Assembly (NCBI GenBank): GCA_963676915.2
Contig: CAXXVK010000011.1
Coordinates: forward strand, 64,001 to 128,000
Direction: 5' to 3'
DNA from: Myxococcota bacterium
GTDB taxonomy: Bacteria; Myxococcota_A; SURF-8; G963663525
Length of the DNA stretch: 64,000 bases
Below are positions 49,477-57,960 of this stretch, piece by piece (within the stretch, counting starts at the first letter, position 1; every line of letters starts with the position of its first letter). The position numbers and the translations under genes are program-made. Under the pieces are notes generated by a model, which saw nothing but the letters and a program-made list of their open reading frames with translations, searched no databases and was not told the DNA's origin.

Positions 49477-50208
49477 TCAGGACATATCTCCCCAAAAACC
49501 TTGCAAAAGACTTACAGCGGCAAGCGGAGCGGTTTCGGCACGTAGTACACGCGGTCCCAACGAGACGAATCGAGCGCCGCTTTGCTGCAACAGTCGGGCT
49601 TCGTCGTCAGTGAATCCACCTTCGGGACCGCTGAAGACTCGAAACCGTTCAATGTTGGGTCGTTCTTCGAATAGCGTGCTCAATGAAATCGCCTCTTTTG
49701 AAAAATGCAGCGCCAGGTCTATCCCGATCGGTGGGTTTTCCAGTGCTTCGGAAAGCGTGATCGGTGCATGGATTTCGGGCAGGCGAATCCGTCCGCTTTG
49801 ACGGCAGGCTTCGGCGGCGATGGTTCGCCAACGCTCCAACCGGGTCGTCTTCTGCTTGTCGATCCGTGCGACGGTCCGTTCGGTCGCTAGTGGCCGAATT
49901 GCGGATACGCCCAGCTCGCAGCATTTTTGGATCGCCCAGTCCATCCGTTCTCCCTTGATCGACGCCGGTAAAACCTCGATTTCAACCGGCGGCGATTCTT
50001 CCCGTCGAACGTGTTCGATAACCGTGGCTTCCGCTTCGTTGCGGGAAAGTTCATCCAGACTGGCTCGCCACTCGTCGGCAACGCCGTCGAAGACGAGAAA
50101 GTCCTGTCCTTTTTTCAGGCGCAGCACCCGTACGAGATAATGTACGGCCTGGCGTGGCAATTGAACCTTGCCCGGTGCCTTGACCTCTGGTAAATATAAC
50201 CGTTCCAT
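49477..50208 (-). CDS. rsmE: 16S rRNA m3U1498 methyltransferase
   Basis: HYLVRVLR, QKCCELGV, EACRQSGR, GPEGGF and LGPRVLRAETA motifs. Confidence 0.95.
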   Translation of the reverse strand: MERLYLPEVKAPGKVQLPRQAVHYLVRVLRLKKGQDFLVFDGVADEWRASLDELSRNEAEATVIEHVRREESPPVEIEVLPASIKGERMDWAIQKCCELGVSAIRPLATERTVARIDKQKTTRLERWRTIAAEACRQSGRIRLPEIHAPITLSEALENPPIGIDLALHFSKEAISLSTLFEERPNIERFRVFSGPEGGFTDDEARLLQQSGARFVSLGPRVLRAETAPLAAVSLLQGFWGDMS

Positions 50209-50247
50209 ATCCCTTGCCGAGCGATGGCTTGATTGTAAACTATATTC

Positions 50248-50277
50248 ATTATATCATCTGGTCTCAAAAGATGCCAA
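50248..50277 (-). promoter_or_regulatory. Putative sigma70 promoter of rsmE (extended -10)
   Basis: Minus strand TTGGCA-N18-TATAAT with TG at the extended -10 position. Confidence 0.55.
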
Positions 50278-50444
50278 CAAAGATTTGTTATCGTTCATTT
50301 TTTCAAGGGAGGACTTTTTCGGGAAAAGAGATCGAAAAATCCCGAAAATGAAACATTTGAGTGCAATTTGACGCAATGATGCGGGAGTTTTCGTATGCCG
50401 GGCGCGGTCCGGTGCGAACCATTCCCTTGCTTGAAGGAAAAAAC

Positions 50445-51254
50445 ATGCCGCAGGATTCTACGCCCGTAGTATCGGAAAAACGCCCGGAATTGAACAACAT
50501 CGCTATCGTGTTGGTAGAGCCACTGTTTCCCGGAAACATCGGTTCGGTGGCGCGAGCGATGAAGAATTTTTCGTTATCCGACCTTCGGATGGTGCATCCG
50601 CCCCAGGATCGGGGACACGAAGCCTACAATATGGCTCATGGGGCGCGGGAATTGCTGGAGAACGCCAAACGGACCTTCACCCTGGAAGAGGCTATCGACG
50701 ATACAACGTACCTTGTCGCCACGACGGCGCGACTGGGCGGCTGGCGGCGTAAAGTGCTATCTCCTCGCGATGCTGCACCGCAGATTCTGGAAATCGCCGC
50801 TACGAACAAAGTAGGGATACTTTTCGGAGCGGAGGATCGTGGGTTGACCAATGAGCAGCTTAGTGCCGCTCAGATGCTTGTAAGTATTCCCACGGGAGAA
50901 ATGGCGTCGCTCAACCTGGCGCAAGCGGTGTTGCTGATCGGGTACGAACTGTTCGTCGAACCGTTCGATTCTTCCGAAAGCGACCGGCGGGAATTGGCCA
51001 AAGTGACGCGATTCAACACCTTGCTCGAACATTTGCGGGATTCGTTCACGTTGATCGACTTCATGCGGTCCTACAACACCGACTACTGGATGCAGGCGCT
51101 TCGCCGGATCTTCGGACGGTCTCGACTCGACGAACACGAAATCGACATGTTGTTCGGTCTTGCCCGGCAGATCCGCTGGGCGGCACGTCATTTGCCGGAT
51201 GCCGAAGAGCGGTTCGAGCGCATCGGGCAATCCCTGGAAAACAAGAAAAAATAA
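50445..51254 (+). CDS. trmJ: tRNA (C/U32 2'-O)-methyltransferase, TrmJ/LasT family
   Basis: IVLVEP..PGNIGSVARAMKNF, ATTAR, LFGAEDRGLTNEQL and SLNLAQAV motifs. Confidence 0.85.
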   Translation: MPQDSTPVVSEKRPELNNIAIVLVEPLFPGNIGSVARAMKNFSLSDLRMVHPPQDRGHEAYNMAHGARELLENAKRTFTLEEAIDDTTYLVATTARLGGWRRKVLSPRDAAPQILEIAATNKVGILFGAEDRGLTNEQLSAAQMLVSIPTGEMASLNLAQAVLLIGYELFVEPFDSSESDRRELAKVTRFNTLLEHLRDSFTLIDFMRSYNTDYWMQALRRIFGRSRLDEHEIDMLFGLARQIRWAARHLPDAEERFERIGQSLENKKK

Positions 51255-51284
51255 AAAAAGGCAGGCGAATCAATCGCCTGCCTT
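51253..51284. terminator. Terminator between convergent genes
   Basis: AAGGCAGGCGA-N5-TCGCCTGCCTT with a T-rich tail on the minus strand. Confidence 0.75.
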
Positions 51285-51312
51285 GAATGAACTCAGACTG
51301 ACCGAGCGAAAT

Positions 51313-52521
51313 TTATTTGTCGCTCGTGGGGGCTTCGAAGTGCCCGAAGTGCATGGTCTGACCGCCGTCCATCGCGACGATGGTTACGGCATTGGGGAAC
51401 AGCATGAAATCGTAGTTGTTGATGGGAGTGATTTCGCCATCGACCAACGCGAGCGCCACGAAGCTGACCTTGGTGCCTTCAGGGACGCCGGGGGCTACGT
51501 CGATGAAAGCGAAGGTGCCGTCACTGTTGGTGTTGGTCAGGGTGTTCATCGGAACGAGGTTGGACACGTTGGCGTTGAAATACGAGGTTTTTGTCGCTTT
51601 GACGCTCATCGCCACCGTGGCGTTTTTCACCAGGCGGTCTCCGCAGTCACGAACCGTACCCGAAGCCACCGAGCGGTCGCTACGCACGCCCTGGGTAACG
51701 CCTGCCGTCGCCGGAACGAGTTTCCAGGAGGCATCGGAAATGGCGTTGACTTCGATGTCGTAATCTTCGTTCTCGACAACGTCTTTTTTGTCGATATAGA
51801 TGTTGAACTGGTAGGTGTCGTGGAAGTCCACGTTGCCTTCATCGTAGGATTTGAACACCAGCCAACGATTGACCGGAACGTCATTGATGGTCATTTTGCA
51901 CTGACCCTGATCGTCTTCCGGCTCCGTGACTTTGGTGGGGGTAATCAGGGATTCGCTGGTCGGATAACTGGTTTTGATCTCACCGCTTTCGTCGTTCTGG
52001 TTGTGAATTTCCACGATCAGCGAAGTGCAGGGAGCGGCCACGCCGAAGACTTTCACGCGGGCGGCCAGATTTACCGTCGATTCTTCGGTGAAGTCGTCTT
52101 CGAGTCCCGCGCTGGAGCAACTGAAATCGGGATCGACAGGCTCATCGTTTTCCAGAACCGGATCGTAGCTGCCCTTTTTCTTGCGGTCGTCGTAATCGTA
52201 GTAGGAATTTTCCCAATATAGGCTGGCTTCCTGCTTCGGTTCTACGGCGCAAATGCCGTCTTTGGTGTCGTCGGCTTTCCAGCAGAAGCCCTTGGAGCAA
52301 TCGCCGTCTTCCTGGCAAGTGTTGAGCAGGGTTTCATCCACTACGCTGTCTTGTTCCAGACCGTTTTCGGGGGTGTCTTCCGCGCCTTCGTCGGTATCAC
52401 CCGAAACGTTCGAGTCATTGTCGCCAAGATTCAAAGCTTCATCGTCCGATCCGCATCCAGTTCCCAGCAGAACTAAAGCGAACAGGCAAGCGATCATTGT
52501 CAACCAAACGTGCTTTTGCAT
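51313..52521 (-). CDS. Lipoprotein with Cys motif and carboxypeptidase-regulatory-like beta-sandwich domains
   Basis: Start MQKHV after GGAGG. Lipobox GTGC, acidic linker, CQEDGDC...C and SGTVRDC...TNSDGTFAF. Confidence 0.7.
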   Translation of the reverse strand: MQKHVWLTMIACLFALVLLGTGCGSDDEALNLGDNDSNVSGDTDEGAEDTPENGLEQDSVVDETLLNTCQEDGDCSKGFCWKADDTKDGICAVEPKQEASLYWENSYYDYDDRKKKGSYDPVLENDEPVDPDFSCSSAGLEDDFTEESTVNLAARVKVFGVAAPCTSLIVEIHNQNDESGEIKTSYPTSESLITPTKVTEPEDDQGQCKMTINDVPVNRWLVFKSYDEGNVDFHDTYQFNIYIDKKDVVENEDYDIEVNAISDASWKLVPATAGVTQGVRSDRSVASGTVRDCGDRLVKNATVAMSVKATKTSYFNANVSNLVPMNTLTNTNSDGTFAFIDVAPGVPEGTKVSFVALALVDGEITPINNYDFMLFPNAVTIVAMDGGQTMHFGHFEAPTSDK

Positions 52522-52761
52522 GTCTTCCTCCATCCCCAAGGGATTTTCGACTGAAATCAAAAAAGATAATATACCATAAATTGAAATTAAACGTGAACCT
52601 TATACAGTGCGGGAGGATTCCAGGTCAAGCTATTCGAGTGGAGAGCACAAAGTTTATCTGATCACAGGAACTTCTGTGACCCGAAAAGCCAGGAAATATC
52701 ATAGGTTGTCTCTTGACATCGCATCGCCAGTAGTCAGTTTATTTAAAATGAATACAAATAG

Positions 52762-53502
52762 GTGGTTGCCATGTACATTTTTCGCACTTTTCCCAAATTG
52801 AATCGTTTCTTCGCCTTTTCCACATTTTCGAAATGGAGCCGACATCTCGGTTTTCGGGACTTTGGGTTGTGGAACGCTGCATTGGTGGTTCTGCTTCTCC
52901 TATTGGTAGGATGCGGAGACGATGGCGGAACGACGTTGGATGCGGACGCCGACTTTGAAAATTGGGAAGAAGAGGAAAGTGTCGAAACGTCCGATACATC
53001 CGAAACGGTATTTATGTCGTACACAGATGATGAAAAAACCGTATCTTTTGTGGATTTGGAGCGATATCTCGGGAAATGGTACGAAATCGCTACCTATGTC
53101 ATCCCATTTCAAGTCGGTTGTACCGGTTCGACGGCAACATACGCCCTCGACGGCAACGATGTCGCCGTTACCAACGAGTGTATGCTCGAATCTCTCGATG
53201 GGGAATACAAAGTGGATACGGCCAGAGCGGAAATTGTCAACGAGGAAACCAACGCGGAATTGTTGGTGTTTTTCTCCGAAAATTTCGGTGCGGATTATTG
53301 GATCATCGAGTTGGATGGCCAGGAATCCGAAGAACCCTACGAGTGGGCCGTTGTCGGCAGCAGCTTGACTATCTTTTTATGGATTCTCAGTCGAACGCCT
53401 CAAATCGAAGAGACACGTCTGACCAAGATTCTTGCTCGACTTAAGGAACGAGGATACGACCTGGAAAGTCTCACTTACACGGTTCAACCGGAAGACGAGT
53501 AA
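52762..53502 (+). CDS. Bacterial lipocalin (Blc-like) lipoprotein
   Basis: Lipobox LVGC, VDLERYLGKWYEIA, DYWIIELD and LWILSRTP motifs. Start uncertain. Confidence 0.9.
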   Translation: MVAMYIFRTFPKLNRFFAFSTFSKWSRHLGFRDFGLWNAALVVLLLLLVGCGDDGGTTLDADADFENWEEEESVETSDTSETVFMSYTDDEKTVSFVDLERYLGKWYEIATYVIPFQVGCTGSTATYALDGNDVAVTNECMLESLDGEYKVDTARAEIVNEETNAELLVFFSENFGADYWIIELDGQESEEPYEWAVVGSSLTIFLWILSRTPQIEETRLTKILARLKERGYDLESLTYTVQPEDE

Positions 53503-53512
53503 AATTCGACAG

Positions 53513-53998
53513 CTATTGCAACAAGCTCTCGATATCACTTGCAATTTTTGATGGTTTTGTAGCGGGAGCATACCGTTTGACCGGTTGACCTTTTCTGTCG
53601 ATCAGAAATTTTGTGAAATTCCACTTGATGGCTTTGCTGCCGAACAGACCTTTTTGAGCTTCCACAAGGTAACGATAAAGTGGGTGAGCTTCCGACCCGT
53701 TCACCTGTATTTTTGAGAACATTGGAAACGTTACGCCGAAATTCAACGAACAGAACTGCTGAATTTCTTTTTCGTCCCCAGGTTCCTGGTTTTGGAATTG
53801 GTTGCAGGGAAACCCTAAAACAACGAATCCTCGATCTTTGAACTGTTGATACAGTTTTTCCAATCCCTCATATTGGGGAGTGAATCCGCATTGGCTGGCC
53901 GTATTGACGATAAGCAAAACCTTGTCGTTGTATTCGGAAAGCGATTGTTCCGTTCCATCGATGGTTTTGGCCTGAAAGTCATAAACGGAATGTTGCAT
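53513..53998 (-). CDS. Glutathione peroxidase (Cys type)
   Basis: VNTASQCGFTPQY, LGFPCNQF and KWNFTKFL motifs. Confidence 0.95.
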   Translation of the reverse strand: MQHSVYDFQAKTIDGTEQSLSEYNDKVLLIVNTASQCGFTPQYEGLEKLYQQFKDRGFVVLGFPCNQFQNQEPGDEKEIQQFCSLNFGVTFPMFSKIQVNGSEAHPLYRYLVEAQKGLFGSKAIKWNFTKFLIDRKGQPVKRYAPATKPSKIASDIESLLQ

Positions 53999-54105
53999 GA
54001 AGACTTCCTTTCAATCTTTTATTCAGATAGTGAAAGAAAAGCTTCTAAAAGAAATCGCCTGTTGTCAACCCACTTGAATCATAAATAAATTACATGGTGA
54101 AGCGG

Positions 54106-55464
54106 TTATTTCTCGGCATCCAAAGCAAGCCCGGAGGTTTCTACAAGCGCCATCAGCACCGCGCCGATGCCGTAGGAAATGTCATCCTTGCGGGTCAGGT
54201 CGGCGTAATATTCATATTCACCAACGGAGGTGGGACCGGAAATGTCCGTAATTACAGGACGATTCTGGTCGTCGCGCTCGATGCGGGAGCGTACGCCGTC
54301 CATAGCTTTTCCGATGGCCGGAAGGATGGAGGCGTCCTGGAAACCGTAACGGTAGGCTTTGGCTGCGCCGAAGGAAAACAGCGCCGCCACGCTCGTTTCG
54401 AGGTAGTTTTCCGGCTCGCCTTCACCGCCTGCCGGTCGATTCATGATGGTGTGCCACAATCCGGTTTCCTGATCCTGGTATTGCAGAAAAGCCGCTACTT
54501 GCTTATCGAGGGCGTCGAGCATCGAAGGAACCGTTTCGCCACGGTTGTAGCGTACCCGAAGATGATCATACCCGGCTGCCGTAACCCAGGCGTTACCACG
54601 TCCCCAATACACATTGTCTGTCTGTTCGTACAAAGAATAAATCGAGTGCTTGTAAAATCCTGATTCCTCTTGCAGTAAATCGGTAAATACGTTGAATTGG
54701 TATACGTATTCGTCAAGGGCTTCGTCGTCGTCGGAGTACTCGCCCCAGCCGGTCAACACGTTTCCGAACATGAACAGCGAATCGACCCACAACGTTACGC
54801 CCAGGGCGTCCCAGGTGCCGAGATGATTCAAGCCGCCTTCCGGTGTGCGTAAGGCGCGGTGGTACAAGTAGTCGAAGGCGTCGTCCATTACGGCCTGGTA
54901 TTTTTCATCGCCGGTTTCTCTCAGAAGGAACAAGGCCAGCGAAGAAGGAGCACAAGAATCGCTGGATTCCATCATGTAACCTTCGTCCATATGGTGATCG
55001 ATCCACGCACGGATGTACTCCAGGTATTCCGATTTTTCCGTGACGCGATAGACCGCCGCAACGCCGAGCATCATCACGGCTTCTCCCCAGTCCCATTTCA
55101 CATCTTCCGGGGCGTGCAGGGCGATTTGTTTGTCTACGATTTCCTGAGCCAACTGGATGTTTTCCGAGGACGGATCTCGTTTCGTGCGGTGGCAGGCGTC
55201 GTCCGGGGGAGTGTCCGACGTGCAGTAATCGTAAGGATTACGGGTGCCTTCAAGCGCTTCGACGACGGGAAGGTACTGCGCCAGATGGTCCGATGTCTCA
55301 CCGGTTTCGTCCGTGTCGCCGGAAGTTTCTTCCACATCGCCGGTTTCGTCCGTGTCGCCATCGGAAACACTGGAGTCGTCCGAGTCGCTGCAAGCCGTCA
55401 GAGCCAGCACGAAAAGACATAAAAAGCTACAGACAAGTGCATTCCATAAAATTTGTCGCGTCAT
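54106..55464 (-). CDS. GH88/GH105 unsaturated glycosyl hydrolase-like lipoprotein
   Basis: Lipobox LTAC, WDWGEA, LWVDSLFM, WGRGNAW, Q...GLWHT and ETS motifs. Confidence 0.85.
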   Translation of the reverse strand: MTRQILWNALVCSFLCLFVLALTACSDSDDSSVSDGDTDETGDVEETSGDTDETGETSDHLAQYLPVVEALEGTRNPYDYCTSDTPPDDACHRTKRDPSSENIQLAQEIVDKQIALHAPEDVKWDWGEAVMMLGVAAVYRVTEKSEYLEYIRAWIDHHMDEGYMMESSDSCAPSSLALFLLRETGDEKYQAVMDDAFDYLYHRALRTPEGGLNHLGTWDALGVTLWVDSLFMFGNVLTGWGEYSDDDEALDEYVYQFNVFTDLLQEESGFYKHSIYSLYEQTDNVYWGRGNAWVTAAGYDHLRVRYNRGETVPSMLDALDKQVAAFLQYQDQETGLWHTIMNRPAGGEGEPENYLETSVAALFSFGAAKAYRYGFQDASILPAIGKAMDGVRSRIERDDQNRPVITDISGPTSVGEYEYYADLTRKDDISYGIGAVLMALVETSGLALDAEK

Positions 55465-55497
55465 GACGTTCCTTATCCGATGGTTTCTTTCGGTCGA

Positions 55498-56874
55498 TTA
55501 CGACTTGTTTTTTTCCGAGTTTTCGTGAACCTGTTCGAGTTTTCGGTAAATGGTGCGGGCCGCGATGCCCAATACCTGAGCCGCCACCTTTTTGTCTCCT
55601 CCGAATCGGCTCAACGTTTCGAAAATGATCTGTTTTTCGATTTCATCCAGCGTGGAGCCGAACGGCACGACGTACGGTTGCCGTGTCGAGTCGTGGGCTT
55701 CGATATCCTCGAACAGATCCTCCACTTCGATCCATTCGCCCCGGCATAGAATCACGGCCCGTTCGATGGTTTTTTCCAACTCGCGCACGTTGCCGGGCCA
55801 GGGATGTTCCAGTAATTTTTCCATGGCCGTACGCTGGAATCCCACCAGTTTCCGTTGGTTTTTTGCAGCGTAATGGGTCAGGAAATATTGGGCCAGCAGC
55901 GGGATGTCGGCCATGCGTTCTTGCAAGGTCGGCAGACGGACGTTGATCACGTTGAGGCGGTAGAAAAGGTCTTCTCGGAATTTCTTTTCTTCCACCAGAC
56001 GGCGAAGGTTACGGTTGGTAGCCGCCACGATGCGAACGTCCACTTTCAACGTGCGACTGCTGCCCAGACGCTCGAATTCCCCTTCCTGAATCACTCGCAG
56101 CAATTTTGCCTGCAATGTCAGGGACATGTCCGAAATTTCATCGAGGAACAGCGTCCCGCCGTCGGCCGTCTCGAAGCGTCCTGCCCGTCGATTCGCCGCG
56201 CCGGTGAACGCGCCTTTTTCGTAGCCGAACAGTTCCGATTCGAGAATCGATTCCGGTAGCGCCGCGCAATTGACCGCCACGAAGGGGCCGCTTTCGCGCT
56301 CCGAAAGGCGATGGGCCGCCCGAGCGAACAGTTCCTTGCCGGTTCCGCTTTCGCCGGAAATCAGCAATGTGGCTTTCGACGGAGCCGCCTGACGCAGAAT
56401 TTCCAAAGGGCGTTTCATCGCTGCCGCCGATCCGATGATGTCGGAAAGCGGCGAGTTGCGTTGCAGTTGGTCGCGTAGTTTCTTGTTTTCGTTGAGTAAT
56501 TTGCGTTTTTCCCCGGCTCGCTCGACGGTTTTCAGTACCTGTACCCGTTTGAACGGCTTGGTGATGAAGTCGTAGGCTCCTTCCTTCATCGCTTCGACCG
56601 CCGTTTCTACAGTGCCGTACGCCGTCATCAGAATCACGTCGCAATCCAAGCCGATGGCCCGCACGCCTTTGAGCAGGTCCAGGCCGTCCATTTCACCCGG
56701 CATCATCAGGTCGGTGAGGATGATTGGGATACCCTGGGAGCGGGCGATGTCCAATCCCTCGTTTCCCCTTTGCGCACGATGCACGCCGTAGCCGTCTTTG
56801 GTAAACAGTCGCTCCAGCGTGTCCAAGTTCGCCTGGTCGTCATCGACAATCAGAATGTCGCATTTGGAAGCCAT
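55498..56874 (-). CDS. Sigma54-dependent response regulator (NtrC/AtoC family)
   Basis: Receiver domain (DD...DLMMP), GESGTGKE, GAFTGA, LFLDE, WPGNVREL and a Fis-type HTH. Confidence 0.95.
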   Translation of the reverse strand: MASKCDILIVDDDQANLDTLERLFTKDGYGVHRAQRGNEGLDIARSQGIPIILTDLMMPGEMDGLDLLKGVRAIGLDCDVILMTAYGTVETAVEAMKEGAYDFITKPFKRVQVLKTVERAGEKRKLLNENKKLRDQLQRNSPLSDIIGSAAAMKRPLEILRQAAPSKATLLISGESGTGKELFARAAHRLSERESGPFVAVNCAALPESILESELFGYEKGAFTGAANRRAGRFETADGGTLFLDEISDMSLTLQAKLLRVIQEGEFERLGSSRTLKVDVRIVAATNRNLRRLVEEKKFREDLFYRLNVINVRLPTLQERMADIPLLAQYFLTHYAAKNQRKLVGFQRTAMEKLLEHPWPGNVRELEKTIERAVILCRGEWIEVEDLFEDIEAHDSTRQPYVVPFGSTLDEIEKQIIFETLSRFGGDKKVAAQVLGIAARTIYRKLEQVHENSEKNKS

Positions 56875-56919
56875 CGGTTCTCTTTTCCGTTCATTTCCGA
56901 CCTTTGACGGCACGAAAAC

Positions 56920-57771
56920 TTATTTCTTTGTGCCGAATTCTTTTTCCAACAGCTTTTTACACTGCGGTTTGAACAGGATGCCGTCGGGGTATTCTTCTTT
57001 TTTCGGGTCCAGTCCTACACAGGTTTCCAGGGCTTTTCGGGCTTTTTCCCGATCGTCTCCCTTGTCCCGTTTCAGGTAGGTTTCGGCAAGATAGAAATGC
57101 GTTCGAAGTTTCTGCGGGGCATCTTTGGCCGAGCGCTCCAGCAGCTTGGCCGAGCGGTCGAGATCCCGTTTCATTGCCGGAAGTTTGAACCAGTACCGAC
57201 CGTAGCCGCGAGTCGGTCCCGCCATTTCGTATTTGGCGTTGATCTTGATCGCTTTTTCCAGCGCCTCTTCGTAGTCTCCTGAAACGCCTTTGAAAACCGC
57301 CGAAACCACGCCGATGGCTTTGCCGTATTGTGCCAGGGAAATTCCGCCGAAATAGTAGCCTTCGACGCGTTTCGGTTGCAGTTTGACCGCTTCTTGTCCG
57401 GTTTCCCAGCCCTTTTTCCCCATTTTTTCTTTGATGTCGTCGTTTTTCGCCCATTCGGCAATCCAGAAACAGGCCCGAGCGATACGCCAGTTGGCATCGA
57501 AACGTTCTTTGTCGGTTGTGGCTTTTTTCAAAGCGGTTTCGGCGAAGTCCAACGATTTTTGGATGTTGCCTTTGCGATGGCGTTTCTTCCAGGTGGTATC
57601 GGAGGACCGGAAGAGGTCCGCAACCGTCGGTTCCTGCGGTGTGGCCGGAGCCTCTACCGTTTTCTCGGCAGCGTTTTCCCCTGCATTCGGCGCTTGCGCA
57701 TCAAGCGTTCCCGCCCAAACGGGCAATGTCCACAAAAGTCCACACAAAACGATGAAACTTGCACGCAACAT
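56920..57771 (-). CDS. Secreted helical-repeat protein, TRAP TatT/TPR-like
   Basis: Signal peptide ending VWA. WRIARACFW, GYYFGG.SLAQYG and GRYWFKLP helical-repeat pattern. Confidence 0.65.
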   Translation of the reverse strand: MLRASFIVLCGLLWTLPVWAGTLDAQAPNAGENAAEKTVEAPATPQEPTVADLFRSSDTTWKKRHRKGNIQKSLDFAETALKKATTDKERFDANWRIARACFWIAEWAKNDDIKEKMGKKGWETGQEAVKLQPKRVEGYYFGGISLAQYGKAIGVVSAVFKGVSGDYEEALEKAIKINAKYEMAGPTRGYGRYWFKLPAMKRDLDRSAKLLERSAKDAPQKLRTHFYLAETYLKRDKGDDREKARKALETCVGLDPKKEEYPDGILFKPQCKKLLEKEFGTKK

Positions 57772-57960
57772 GGCATTCCCTTTCGAATTCGATTGGAACC
57801 AGAAAACCCGGTCAAGATACCATCGCTTGCGCCGTTTTTTCAATGTTTTCCGAAATCGAAAGGGTTTGGGATGCATTGTGTCCTCAAGGAGGACCATTGC
57901 ATGATCTTGCACTCGTTTGTCGTTTTATTTCAAATCAGTGGGTCAAGTTACACAAGGTTG

